A DNA stretch of 20,000 nt from Catajapyx aquilonaris (lineage: Eukaryota), in the NCBI GenBank assembly GCA_000934665.2, contig JYFJ02001692.1, forward strand, positions 53,075 to 73,074. The letters run 5' to 3'. Numbering within the stretch: the stretch's first letter is position 1; each line of letters begins with the position of its first letter. Below are positions 10,768-19,905 of the stretch, piece by piece. The notes under the pieces are model-generated. The model was not told the origin of the DNA and searched no databases. It was given only the letters and a program-made list of their open reading frames with translations. A program made the position numbers and the translations under genes.

Positions 10768-10997
10768 TTGGTGTGGTGGTTAAGGAACCCGCCTGCTAAT
10801 CGGGAGGTCCTGGGTTCAAATCCTGGGGCCGGCAACCCTGACCGTGGTTTTCTGTGGTTTTCCACGGTCCCCCCAGGATAATTCCGGGGTGTTTTCGTAT
10901 AATAGGCCACAGCCGCCTCCTTCCCTCCCTATCCTTGGCACCATCCAATGGTGGTACTCCACCCCCCTAATGGAGCGCCGATTCTCCCAATGGGCTA

Positions 10998-11033
<36 letters not shown>

Positions 11034-11303
11034 CATCATCATCTTCACGGCGTTTCCCAAAATATGGGGTTGCCAGCGAATATTAAGGAGGAGGTCCTTA
11101 ATATCCTCACATGACCAAATACATATGCAAAAAAAAATAATATCTGAAGCCTGGTCAGGTACTCGCAGATAATTGGGGAGGGGGGGCTACAACAGATTGC
11201 CGACAGGACAGGCTATGCTGGGATGTTGACTTCGGCGGTGTCCCAGGTGACGTCCACCAACAAAGGACGGACGAAATAAATAAATTACTAAATAAATAAA
11301 TAA
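10768..11303 (+). mobile_element. SINE family A variant with a different 3' module and (TAAA)n tail
   Basis: tRNA-like head (TGGTGTGGTGGTTAAGG..CTGCTAATC..GGTTCAAATCC). 17-bp TSD ATGTGAGGATGCTGAAG at 10751-10767 and 11304-11320. Confidence 0.88.
11033..11274 (-). mobile_element. Retroposed fragment with RTE-like 3' end, inserted in the (TAAA)n tail
   Basis: Minus strand ends GGCAACCCCATATTTTGGGAAACGCCGTGAA(GAT)n, a stem-loop plus trinucleotide tail. Flanked by TAAA repeats on both sides. Confidence 0.6.
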
Positions 11304-12004
11304 ATGTGAGGATGCTGAAGATGGTATGTAGATTTCTGCCATGACTGTGTGTTATTCAGAGGAAATTAATAAAGAGCTGCTCTATATACAATGATGACTG
11401 TGTTGATGTTCATTCACATGCGAATATAACATGCAATATTTTATATGCCTTGCTTACTCTTTCCTCATGGTATGGGGTCCTGATAATGTACATTAAAATA
11501 TTATATTCATGAATAAATAGATAGATACAATACTTATGTGGATCGAAAGGGTCAAGGGAAAACAAAAGGGCCCTAATATGGCAACAGTGAGTGCCCCATA
11601 CTTCGCGTACGCGAGATATTTCATAAATATAAACACTACGCAGCTATTCCCCTTCATGCACGCCAACTTTCCTCTGTAGTGGTCATGAGCTCCGGACATT
11701 ATGTTGGCTGCTGTAACGAAAAAATGCTCTCCTGAAAAATGTGTCACCTTGCAACTGGGCCCTTTTACATTTCCGTGCTTCATATGCTGGTTTTACAAAC
11801 TCTTACCATTCATTCCATTCATTCATCAGTTCCCGTGCGAAGGACAGGTATTCTACTAGTTAGATATAAGAGTATATAATTGTTGGGTTGATCAGATTGC
11901 TCAAAATATTGGTCACTGCATTTTATACATTACATTGTACTGATTGTACACATACCATGTTATTGTTATTTCCAATACAAATCTTCAATCTGGTCTCATC
12001 TTAG

Positions 12005-12447
12005 GCAGGTGAGGACAAGGAGCCGCTACCTATAACATCTGGGCCAGGAGCAGCAGTTTTTCCAGACAACTGCTTTCATATGGTCACACGGCACAAAACC
12101 TCAGCCAACCAGGTACAAGTGCTAGCACTAAAGCCATGCCACCCATAGCCTTGCCTGGAATGAACCAGGGTCAAGGATCAAGAACCAGCTCAAAGGCCAA
12201 GCAGCAACAAGCGCCCAAGCAAGAGGAGGCCGTAGACGATACATGGTATCCGTCTACGTACCCTGTTGAGAATGAGGAGCTGGTGGGCAGTTGTTGGGAG
12301 AATGGGGTCATATGGGACTCAGAATGCATGATCAACATTCCGGAGCCCAAAATACTACCTCTGGATCCCAGTGATGAGAATATTGTTCTTGGGATACCTG
12401 ATGACATTGACCCAGCCACGATGCGAACATCTGAAGCTCCTGCAAAG
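12005..12447 (+). CDS. TAF1: TAF1 exon (frameshifted by an internal deletion near 12088)
   Basis: Frame 2 gives FPDNCFHMVT, then frame 1 gives TAQNLSQPG...DDTWY...PVENEELV..WE..VIWD...PKIL.LDP.DENIVLGIPDDIDP. Acceptor TAG at 12004 (or CAG at 12008). Donor AAG|GTTAGT. Confidence 0.85.
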
Positions 12448-12558
12448 GTTAGTTGAGTCTTGATTAAAAGTTGAAAGTATTACAGTAGATATGTATCCTG
12501 TGGTTGTAAACCACTTGATAGTGGACATCTGCTATAGAACTTTGTTACATTTATAACT

Positions 12559-12812
12559 GAAGACCTTGAGGGGAAGAATGATCAAGGTCCGCTTTTTGTC
12601 AAAAGTGACTTATGTATCCCATAAGATAGTTTTACTCGTGTAGAATATGATGGTTTGGTCATGGTTGTGGATGTGGAGTAATGATCATAGTCCACTATGG
12701 AAGGCCCCGAATGTGGGATGTACAATAGAATGTTATTGGTCTTCAAAGTTTGAAATTGCAATATCTCAATTTCACCTGAGGTGGACCTGATCATTCTTCC
12801 CCTGAGGACTTC
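12559..12812. mobile_element. MITE with GAAG...CTTC termini and 4-bp AACT TSD
   Basis: Imperfect about 34-bp TIR GAAGACCTTGAGGGGAAGAATGATCAAGGTCC / GGACCTGATCATTCTTCCCCTGAGGACTTC. AACT at 12555-12558 and 12813-12816. Confidence 0.65.
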
Positions 12813-13312
12813 AACTATAGGACATTTCAGCCAGATGGATTTTTCCTGAGTACACCATTTTTTATGTAATTCTTTAAAATAATGTAAGATGAAATAGTGA
12901 AACTCAGTTTTGTCTTGTCCATTCCAGTATTGCAAATATCTGAATTTTAAATGCACAGTTTTTCGATTTTTTTTTTTTTTTCTTTTTAAAATCACAGGAG
13001 TTGCTAGAAATGCTAGGTAATTGTATTTTAATTAATAAATATTTAATTCCTATACAAATTAAAGCAGCAGTAGATGATGCTTGACTGTTAGAGTTGCATA
13101 TTGTACGCTAAAACATATAATAATTAATGAAGTGACTGTTTTTCAAAGCTGGGTAATACAATGAGATGGTGTGATTTTGGCAACATTAACACCATTCCTT
13201 CCAGTTTTAATGAACAATTGGCATCTTGAAAAATCAGTCATAATCTAATCTAATCTGGGAACCCCCCGGCAAAATTTGTGAAATTTTTAAATGGTTTCGC
13301 CTTTATTTCCTA

Positions 13313-13345
13313 CTAGCAGCGGTACCCGTTCTTCGCACGGGGGAA
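13313..13345 (-). mobile_element. Helitron family 2-like 3' terminus (extent of element unknown)
   Basis: Minus strand reads CCCGTGCGAAGAACGGG hairpin..CTAG|T. Confidence 0.65.
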
Positions 13346-13469
13346 AAAAGAGCATGGATAATTACACCGAAATCTTCTCAGATCTCAGGCAATATTAAAT
13401 GCAAAACTGCTCATTCCCTTACATATGTAGGCACTGGAAGGGTGGAAAAATTCTGGTAACTATGGCTAC

Positions 13470-13822
13470 GGGGGAGACGGAGTGGCGCCGCGGTAACGTG
13501 TGTGCCCACGGATGTTAAGGTCCCGGGATCAAATCCCGCCCGGGGACACCCCCTTCATCTCGTGCAGAGTGTGGGTCGTCTCTGGCTTCGTTTCTGGGTG
13601 GAATATCCTACAGACAAATCCACCCGGGGGAGTTCACAAAATGACCTCGTACAGCATTGCACTGCACTTGCACATCCCCTCCTGTCATCCCCTATCGCTC
13701 GCGGTACCCGGGCGTTACGGAAAAGGACCAAATATGTAGCTGTACACTTAAAAAGCAAATAAAGGTACCGTGCCAGATGCCCACCAACGGGCGGTGCACT
13801 AACCCAATTATTTAAAAAAAGC
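13470..13822 (+). mobile_element. tRNA-derived SINE, family B, copy 3
   Basis: GGGGGAGAC start and A-rich end. 12-bp TSD AACTATGGCTAC at 13458-13469 and 13823-13834. Confidence 0.9.
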
Positions 13823-13907
13823 AACTATGGCTACCGTATGTGGTAATCAGAATACAAAAAGGTGGGACAGATGGCGAGAGAAACGAAGAGGAAAAAGAAG
13901 AGAGGAA

Positions 13908-14067
13908 AGACTGGTATCTCTCTTAGTCTGTCTCCTATCCCAAAGACCTGTCCGACTTGGGCGGCTCTACCAGTAGACGAAACTACCGCCGGCATAGCTC
14001 TTCACGATCATGGGAAAACGCAAGCCCACCACCACGGCAAGGTGGAGATACATTCGGGGGAGGGGGA
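13908..14067 (-). mobile_element. RTE/BovB-like 5' region (structured non-coding segment)
   Basis: Minus strand CCTTGCCGTGGTGGTGGGCTTG..ATGA..GAGCTATGCCG..GCCGCCCAAGTCGGACAGGTC resembles the 5' UTR motif I recall from RTE-BovB elements. Confidence 0.65.
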
Positions 14068-14380
14068 ATAAAAAAATTTGGATAAAAAAATTGGGGGAAG
14101 TGCAAAATTGAAACCATTTATAGACCTGTTTCTATGGTAATCACCAACAAAATTCTGTTGCCAGAGGCAAACAAATTTTTTTTCTTTTGTTTCTTCCCCC
14201 CTCTCGTGATTTTTGCTTCATTTGCATACCTCCACGAACGTACATCGACAGAGCTTCAAAGCTGGAGAAAAGTCACCTTTGCAACTTCTCCAGTTTTCAA
14301 AAAGTTCAGACGCGAAATTTCAACTGCTTTTTGCAGGTGTTCCTATTACGATATTTTGTCCAAATCCTGTAAGGCATATA

Positions 14381-14774
14381 CAGGGTGGTCCAACTTCAAG
14401 TGTCGTTTTATAACGGCGATTAATAGCAGTGATTTTGTGATGACGTAGCAGCGACGTGTAAAATGTCCCACTTCGGCGCCATCGAAAATATTAGCTGCCA
14501 ATAGCAGCACACATGTAATCAACCCTGCTGCTGGGTTGACCTGGAAAAAAGGAGGTGCACACATGACCTGCGATGCGCGTGGGTGAAATGGGTGACGTCC
14601 GAGGCACCAGATGGACCATGGACCTGTAATGCAAGGGGGAAGCCTGCAAACGAAACACAGCTAATATTTTCGATGGCGCCGAAGTGGGCCATTTTACACA
14701 TGGCTGCTACGATAATCGTAAAGCGCTTCTATTAATAGCCGTTATAAAACGACACTTGAAGTTGGACCACCCTG
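14381..14774. mobile_element. Tc1/mariner-type MITE with about 115-bp TIRs
   Basis: TA|CAGGGTGGTCCAACTTCAAGTGTCGTTTTATAACGGC ... GCCGTTATAAAACGACACTTGAAGTTGGACCACCCTG|TA. Confidence 0.92.
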
Positions 14775-14869
14775 TATATGTGTATTATTCCTCTCTAGGC
14801 TTTAGCAGTCTAGGTCTGGTTTTATTCTTTAAAGGGTCCTAGAGCCAAGAAAGGTTAAATTCACAAAAT

Positions 14870-15035
14870 AAAAGTTAGTTGGTAGCTGTTGGTGTTAGCT
14901 TCCGCTAATTTTCCAGACTTTTAGCTTCAGCATTTTAGCGACGTCAAATGTTGTTGTTGTTGATTTTTTGGGGTTTTTAGTTAGCTGATTAGCGGTTAGC
15001 GAAACTAAACTTTCCGTTGGCTGTGCTCACCACTG
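14870..15035. mobile_element. Possible hAT-type MITE end fragment
   Basis: Repeated TTAGC subterminal motifs ending in GTGCTCACCACTG. No partner end seen. Confidence 0.35.
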
Positions 15036-15189
15036 CCAGTGACAAAAGGTGTTCAAAACTTAAAAATAACTAAAAATAATAACACACTACATTACTACAA
15101 TGTTCCTCATTGTTTTGTTGTAAAAGAAACTATGTTATGGACATTTGCCTACTCTTAGATCGGCTCTCAGCCTTAATCATTTTTAATTT

Positions 15190-15537
15190 TATTAATTTAT
15201 TAATTTATTTTTTTTCAATTTTTTTTTACGTTACCTCGTGATAAGGCTTAGCCTTTTTAGGGGGGTGGGATACCACCATTTTCACTCCTTAACTTCATAC
15301 ACCGGTGCGAGACAAGGATGTAGGGTAGGGGTAGGGATTTTTTGGGGAGGGAAGTGCAATGTTGTTAAAGGGGTCATGTGCTGTCCCCCAGGAGGTTAGG
15401 TTGCCAGACACCTCCTTGGTGCAGGTCAGAGACCCTCCTGACGCAGGTGAAAGGAAAGTTCCCCAGGCAGGGATCGAACCTGGGGCCTTTCACTCAGCAA
15501 GCCGAGACGTTACCATCTCGGCCATCTATACCTCCCC
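15190..15537 (-). mobile_element. tRNA-derived SINE, family C
   Basis: Minus strand GGGGAGG..TGGCCGAGATGG (A box)..GGTTCGATCCC (B box) with an A-rich tail. Flanked by CATTTTTA-like repeats. Confidence 0.8.
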
Positions 15538-15605
15538 ATTTTTATTTATTTATTTATTTTATTTTACCCCATTGAGAGATCATCACTCTATTAGGAGGTC
15601 TCACT
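15538..15605 (-). mobile_element. Short retroposon 3' end sharing the tail of the 10768 SINE
   Basis: Minus strand CCTAATAGAGTGATGATCTCTCAATGGGGTAAAATAAA resembles CCTAATGGAGCGCCGATTCTCCCAATGGGCTATAAATAAA. Confidence 0.55.
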
Positions 15606-15744
15606 CTTAATAAAGGATTCAATTGTCACAATCGAGTCAAACACTTCTTATGGTAGACGGAGATCAGGAAAGAACATTTTTGTACATGTGGCCTCTCAAC
15701 CATTCGACTGGGAAATGAGAAAATCTTCCGTACTCGCCATCATG

Positions 15745-15937
15745 AATTTCGACCTAGAGAGACTGAAAATGCATTGATATCCCATCATAAGGCCCTGCCT
15801 GCACTTCGAGTTATAGAAATTAGAGTTAGGGAAGTTTATTTCCTATTTTTTTACATTGTGACCAACCAAGCGCATCATTTTCTTCGACTTATAGAGAACT
15901 TCGACTTAGGGAAGTTCGACTTATAGCAGTTTTATTG
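15745..15937. mobile_element. Tigger/pogo-like MITE end fragment
   Basis: Repeated TTCGACTTATAG motifs ending in CAGTTTTATTG|TA. Confidence 0.5.
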
Positions 15938-16163
15938 TATTTGCAATACTGAAATAATTAGGACAAAACTTAGTTTCACTTTTTCATCTTCCACTAAAAA
16001 TTGTGGTAGTTGGAGGAAACATTGAACCTGGAAGAGATCCTTTCATCATTGCAAAGGCAAGTGTAACCATGAAGGTCGTAGCTACAGTGGTCATAGTGAT
16101 TCTTTACTAGGGCAGTAATGATTGTGCTTCCCCTTCTGCAGTGGCTGACTATTTCCTAAAATA

Positions 16164-16342
16164 CAGTCAACTCTGGATGTAACAGACTTGAAGGGACTGC
16201 AGAAATCAGTCTGCTATTACTGAGTTATATCTGTTATTTGTTATATCTGTTATAGCCAAATACGCAGGCCATATGCGGAAGTATGGCGGGACCAGCCTTT
16301 CGAGTGTGCTAAAACCGAAGCTGTTATATCCGGAGTCAATTG
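16164..16342. mobile_element. Tigger/pogo-like MITE
   Basis: TA|CAGTCAACTCTGGATGTAACAG ... CTGTTATATCCGGAGTCAATTG|TA. Confidence 0.8.
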
Positions 16343-16491
16343 TATATTGTAAAAAAAATTTATGAGAGCTTGAAGACATGTTATAATAATGTAACATATT
16401 ATCAGTGTGTCAATGGTTAAAGGTACCTGAGTAGATGAGAATGTGTATTTATGAAAATGTTTTAACTTCAATACTGTACATCAACCACTAG

Positions 16492-16866
16492 GTTAAGATC
16501 CCACATCCTCATGTAAAGAAGTCCAAGATCCTACTGGGAAAAGCTGGAGTGATCAGTGTGGTAGAGGAGGATACCCTGCTACCTCCTCAGAAAGAGCCAG
16601 ATAAGGATCCATTCAATGTGTCCAATGATGAATATTATCTGCCCAAGTCTGAGTCGTCACTCAGGATTAGTGCTGGAGGGAATCTTATCCAGCACTCCAC
16701 TCCTGTCATGGAGCTTCAGTTTCCCTTTGTGCCCACACATATGGGTCCTATGAAGCTTCGCAATTTCCATCGCCCACCGATGAAGAAATTCTCACATGGT
16801 CCTATGGCGAATAATGGAGAACATGAAGTCATTCCCCTTCTGAAGCACATAAGGAAAAAGGCTGAG
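16492..16866 (+). CDS. TAF1: TAF1 exon
   Basis: VKIPHPHVKKSKILLGKAGVI...DPFNVSNDEYY...IQHSTP...THMGPMKLRNFHRPP...KHIRKKAE. TAG acceptor, GTGAGC donor, phase 0/0. Confidence 0.95.
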
Positions 16867-17831
16867 GTGAGCTTCTAAAAACAACAAAATTTATAATAAA
16901 ACTGAGGATTTTATTTTTATTTTCATCCATCCATTGCAACTTTTTGGTGGCATAAACTGCCTCTCTATGTGGCATATTAAGCATTGGGGCAGAAATAAAT
17001 TTGTAGGCAAGTGATTGTAGCATGATGTTACAATGCTTTAGTATTTAGTCCATTACCTTCCACCTTGGAGATATTGGATGGATTGCAAAGGTAGGGACCG
17101 AGCTGCCGTTTAAACAATGTCTCTGGTTGTTATGAGGGCGTTTGGCCTGAGCCAGAGTTTAAAACTGATACAGATGTGCCTCAAAGGTGGTTCTACCTGT
17201 GGATTTAAAAAAACATCCACAACAATCATGACTGTGACCTTGTTCTTGATCAATTTTGGCTTCTTTGGCACTAGACACTATCACCAATATTTCTGCTGGG
17301 ACCCTCTTAGAGTTCTGAGCTATGCATGACCAGGTATAACACAATACTGTTGCATAATTTTGAAGGCAATATAACTTCTGGAAATCAGGGACAAATTTCA
17401 GTAGCGCACAGTGCAAGTGAGCCTGTGGCTAGAAGGTAGCTGCAAGATGTGGACGCCGCAACCGATCCATCCACATCTGTGACTATGACTGTGTGCAATT
17501 AATGTCGTAGACTAATGTTCCTATAAACCATATGAACCTAACCTACCTGGTCATATACAACATAGACCCTGAAAACATCCTGTGAAGGACCAAAACAATA
17601 ATCAGGCACAGTTTCAATGTGTCTTGAGCTTTAATGGACTATTCTCCCAGTCAGTGCCCTACTGCCAGGTCCCAACCTATCAATTCCTGCCCCCATGAAA
17701 AAATGTATTTAACACTATAATTTAATTTAATTTGTTGTATTTATGACCAGAATTATGGGGGGATATTTTGGTATTCTTATGGGTGAAAAATACTCATCAC
17801 ATTTTTATTGTACCTTCCCTGGGGACTGCAG

Positions 17832-18190
17832 CAACGTGAGCAAGAGCGAATGGCTTCAGGAGGTGGGGATGTGTTCTTCATGCGCACAGCAGATGACTTA
17901 ACTGGTCGTAATGGTGATTTGATATTGGTTGAATACTGCGAAGAGCACCCTCCATTGGTGATGCAAGTTGGAATGTGCTCAAAGGTGAAAAACTACTACA
18001 AACGCAAGGCTGGGAAGGACCTCGGTCCCCCTGAGTTCCGCTATGGTGAGACTGCATATGCCCATACATCCCCATTCCTGGGGGCTCTACATCCAGGCCA
18101 GTCCATACAGGCGATTGAAAACAACATGTTCAGGTCACCCATCTATGAGCACAACGTGCCTGAGTCAGACTTCCTCCTCATCCGCACCAG
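17832..18190 (+). CDS. TAF1: TAF1 exon (central DUF3591/HAT-like region)
   Basis: [35 protein letters not shown]...GM..K.KNYYKRK...HTSPFLG.L.PGQ...[11 protein letters not shown]...DFLLIRT. CAG acceptor, GTATTT donor, phase 0/2. Confidence 0.95.
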
Positions 18191-18390
18191 GTATTTGATA
18201 GAAATTTAAAGAAATGCCTTGATTATATAAGTATTTTAAGAATGTGGTGACCATTCACCTCTCCTCATGTTCTATTTGCATTTTGCATTCATCTCGTAGA
18301 TATTTGAAATTTTTTGCCTCTGCCTAATAAGCACATGTTTGGGTTTTTCTTGGTGATTTATTTTCATGATTGTGTGTGTGTGTGCAACAG

Positions 18391-18653
18391 GACCAACTAC
18401 TTTATCCGGGAAGTGGATGGCCTCTTCTCTGGTGGTCAGGAGTGCCCCCTGTATGAAGTCCCTGGCCCAAACTCCAAGCGTGCCAACAAGTTTGTGCGTG
18501 ACTTTCTTCAGGTTTTCATCTACCGCTTGTTCTGGAAGAGCAGGGACACGCCTCGCCGAATCAAGATGGATGATATCAAGCGTGCCTTCCCTTCTCATTC
18601 TGAAATCTGCATTAGGAAGAGGCTAAAGCTTTGTGCAGATTTTAAAAGGACAG
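18391..18653 (+). CDS. TAF1: TAF1 exon
   Basis: YFIREVD...[72 protein letters not shown] acceptor, GTCAGA donor, phase 2/1. Confidence 0.95.
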
Positions 18654-18853
18654 GTCAGATAGCCTTTTATTGTAACTGTTTGTTTTTTCACACATGTGCC
18701 AGACCTATATTTTGATATTCAATAACACTTCATTTTATTGGTTTGAAAAGATTGCAAGTTGTTGAAAAAAATTAATTGACACGATTGACGTCACCCTTTC
18801 AATATTATCCAAAGGAAATTGCACATGCCTGAAAGGATTGTTTTTTAAATATA

Positions 18854-19790
18854 CGTACTGTCCAAAAAGTATCCGACCTTTTTGTTCCCCGAAGAAACAA
18901 ATGAAGCACGGGAGGTGTCCTCTGGTGCACAGGTGTGGAGTACATTCATGAGTATTCGTGATTTTTTCCTGCCCCCGAGAGTCAGTCGCTGGCAGTCAGC
19001 CTTTGAGTGACCAATGGTACTAGGCAATCGTCGGATTTTCATTTTCCCGCGAAAATGACGGAACAACTTGGACAGAGGTGCTTCATCAAATTTTGCATTA
19101 ATGCCTGGCAATATATCCAAGTGGAAACCATTCGGAAGATTCTGCAGGCTTCCGGAGATGATTCCACGGGCATCACACATATTCAGATGTGGTACAACCA
19201 TTTCAAAGATGGCTGAAAATCAGTGGAAAGCGATTCACGATTCGACAGGCCCTGAACAAGCTGAAATGATGAGGTCATTGACCAAGTGCTGACTTTGGTC
19301 ATGTAGGACTGTTGTGTCCGCGGTCGCGTCACAGTCTGAGAACTTGAGGACGAGGTAGACATAAGGATTAGTTCTGGTGCATTTGATTTTGAGGAATAAT
19401 TAGGCCTTGAGGAGTGTGTCTGCAATTTGTCCAGAAGCTTCAGACTGCCGGAGCAGAAGCAACTCTGGAAGTCTCGCAGGACATTCTGGATTCCTCAAAC
19501 GGTGACCCTGACTTCCTGAACACCATGATGACTGGTGATGAGTCATAGGTTGTACTGCTGTTCATGTCTTTCCGTCATTTTAGCGGGAAAATGAAAATCC
19601 GATGGTGGCCTAGTACCCTCCGTGGCTCTGTCACTCAAAGGCTGATTGCCAGCAACTGACTCTCTCTGGGGGCGGGAAAAAATTCACGAATACTCATGAA
19701 GGTACTCTACACCTACCCACCAGAGAACACCTGCACTTCATTTGTTTTCGCGAAAAAAATAAAGGTCAGATACTTTTTGGACAGCCCTCA
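18854..19790 (+). mobile_element. Mariner deletion derivative with about 230-bp inverted ends and a decayed N-terminal transposase
   Basis: TA flanks and TIR ..CTGTCCAAAAAGTATCCGACCTTT. ATG at 19055 gives MTEQLGQRCFIKFC...WYNHFKDG*KSVES...DPDFLNTMMTGDES*V (HTH plus first catalytic Asp), with many stops. Confidence 0.9.
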
Positions 19791-19905
19791 TATATGTTAG
19801 GCTCAAACCCCGAAAATGGTCCTTGAGCGAACAAAAAAACGAGCATTTTGCAAAATGGTATTTTCAAAACAGGCAGATTGCGAAATCCTCGTTTTCAAAA
19901 GGGTA

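Larger units (their letters stand above)
10532..11781. mobile_element. Non-autonomous TIR element with 4-bp ATAT TSD (Sola-like)
   Basis: About 31-bp TIR GAAGCATGGATATGCAAAAGGGCCCA / TGGGCCCTTTTACATTTCCGTGCTTC. ATAT at 10528-10531 and 11782-11785. Single ATAT at the empty site near 7052. Confidence 0.78.
10408..11859 (+). mobile_element. Helitron family 2 (3' part), interrupted by a TIR element
   Basis: Ends CCCGTGCGAAGGACAGG..CTAG|T. The flanks of 10532-11781 join to match the reverse complement of 6978-7175. 5' boundary uncertain. Confidence 0.72.
12005..18653 (+). pseudogene. TAF1: TAF1 locus segment, probably a degenerate duplicate (unprocessed pseudogene)
   Basis: Frameshift leading to TAG at 12146-12148, plus non-conservative changes in conserved motifs. 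Introns are retained. Confidence 0.55.

Noticed and set aside
12582..12995. 137-aa minus-strand ORF
   Set aside because: Starts in a poly-T tract, crosses a MITE boundary and has no recognisable domain.
15652..15780. SGKNIFVHV peptide resembling a cold-shock domain RNP motif
   Set aside because: Only a few residues match, the rest of the domain is absent, and it runs into MITE repeats.
17566..17607. CTGAAAA..TCCT-GTGA-AGGA..CAAAAC, a degenerate minimal hammerhead
   Set aside because: Both catalytic boxes mismatch and no Penelope ORF was recognised nearby.
18272..18598. Minus-strand and alternative-frame ORFs over TAF1 exons (also 12171-12419, 17878-18075, 18366-18626)
   Set aside because: Shadow ORFs of the TAF1 coding frame.
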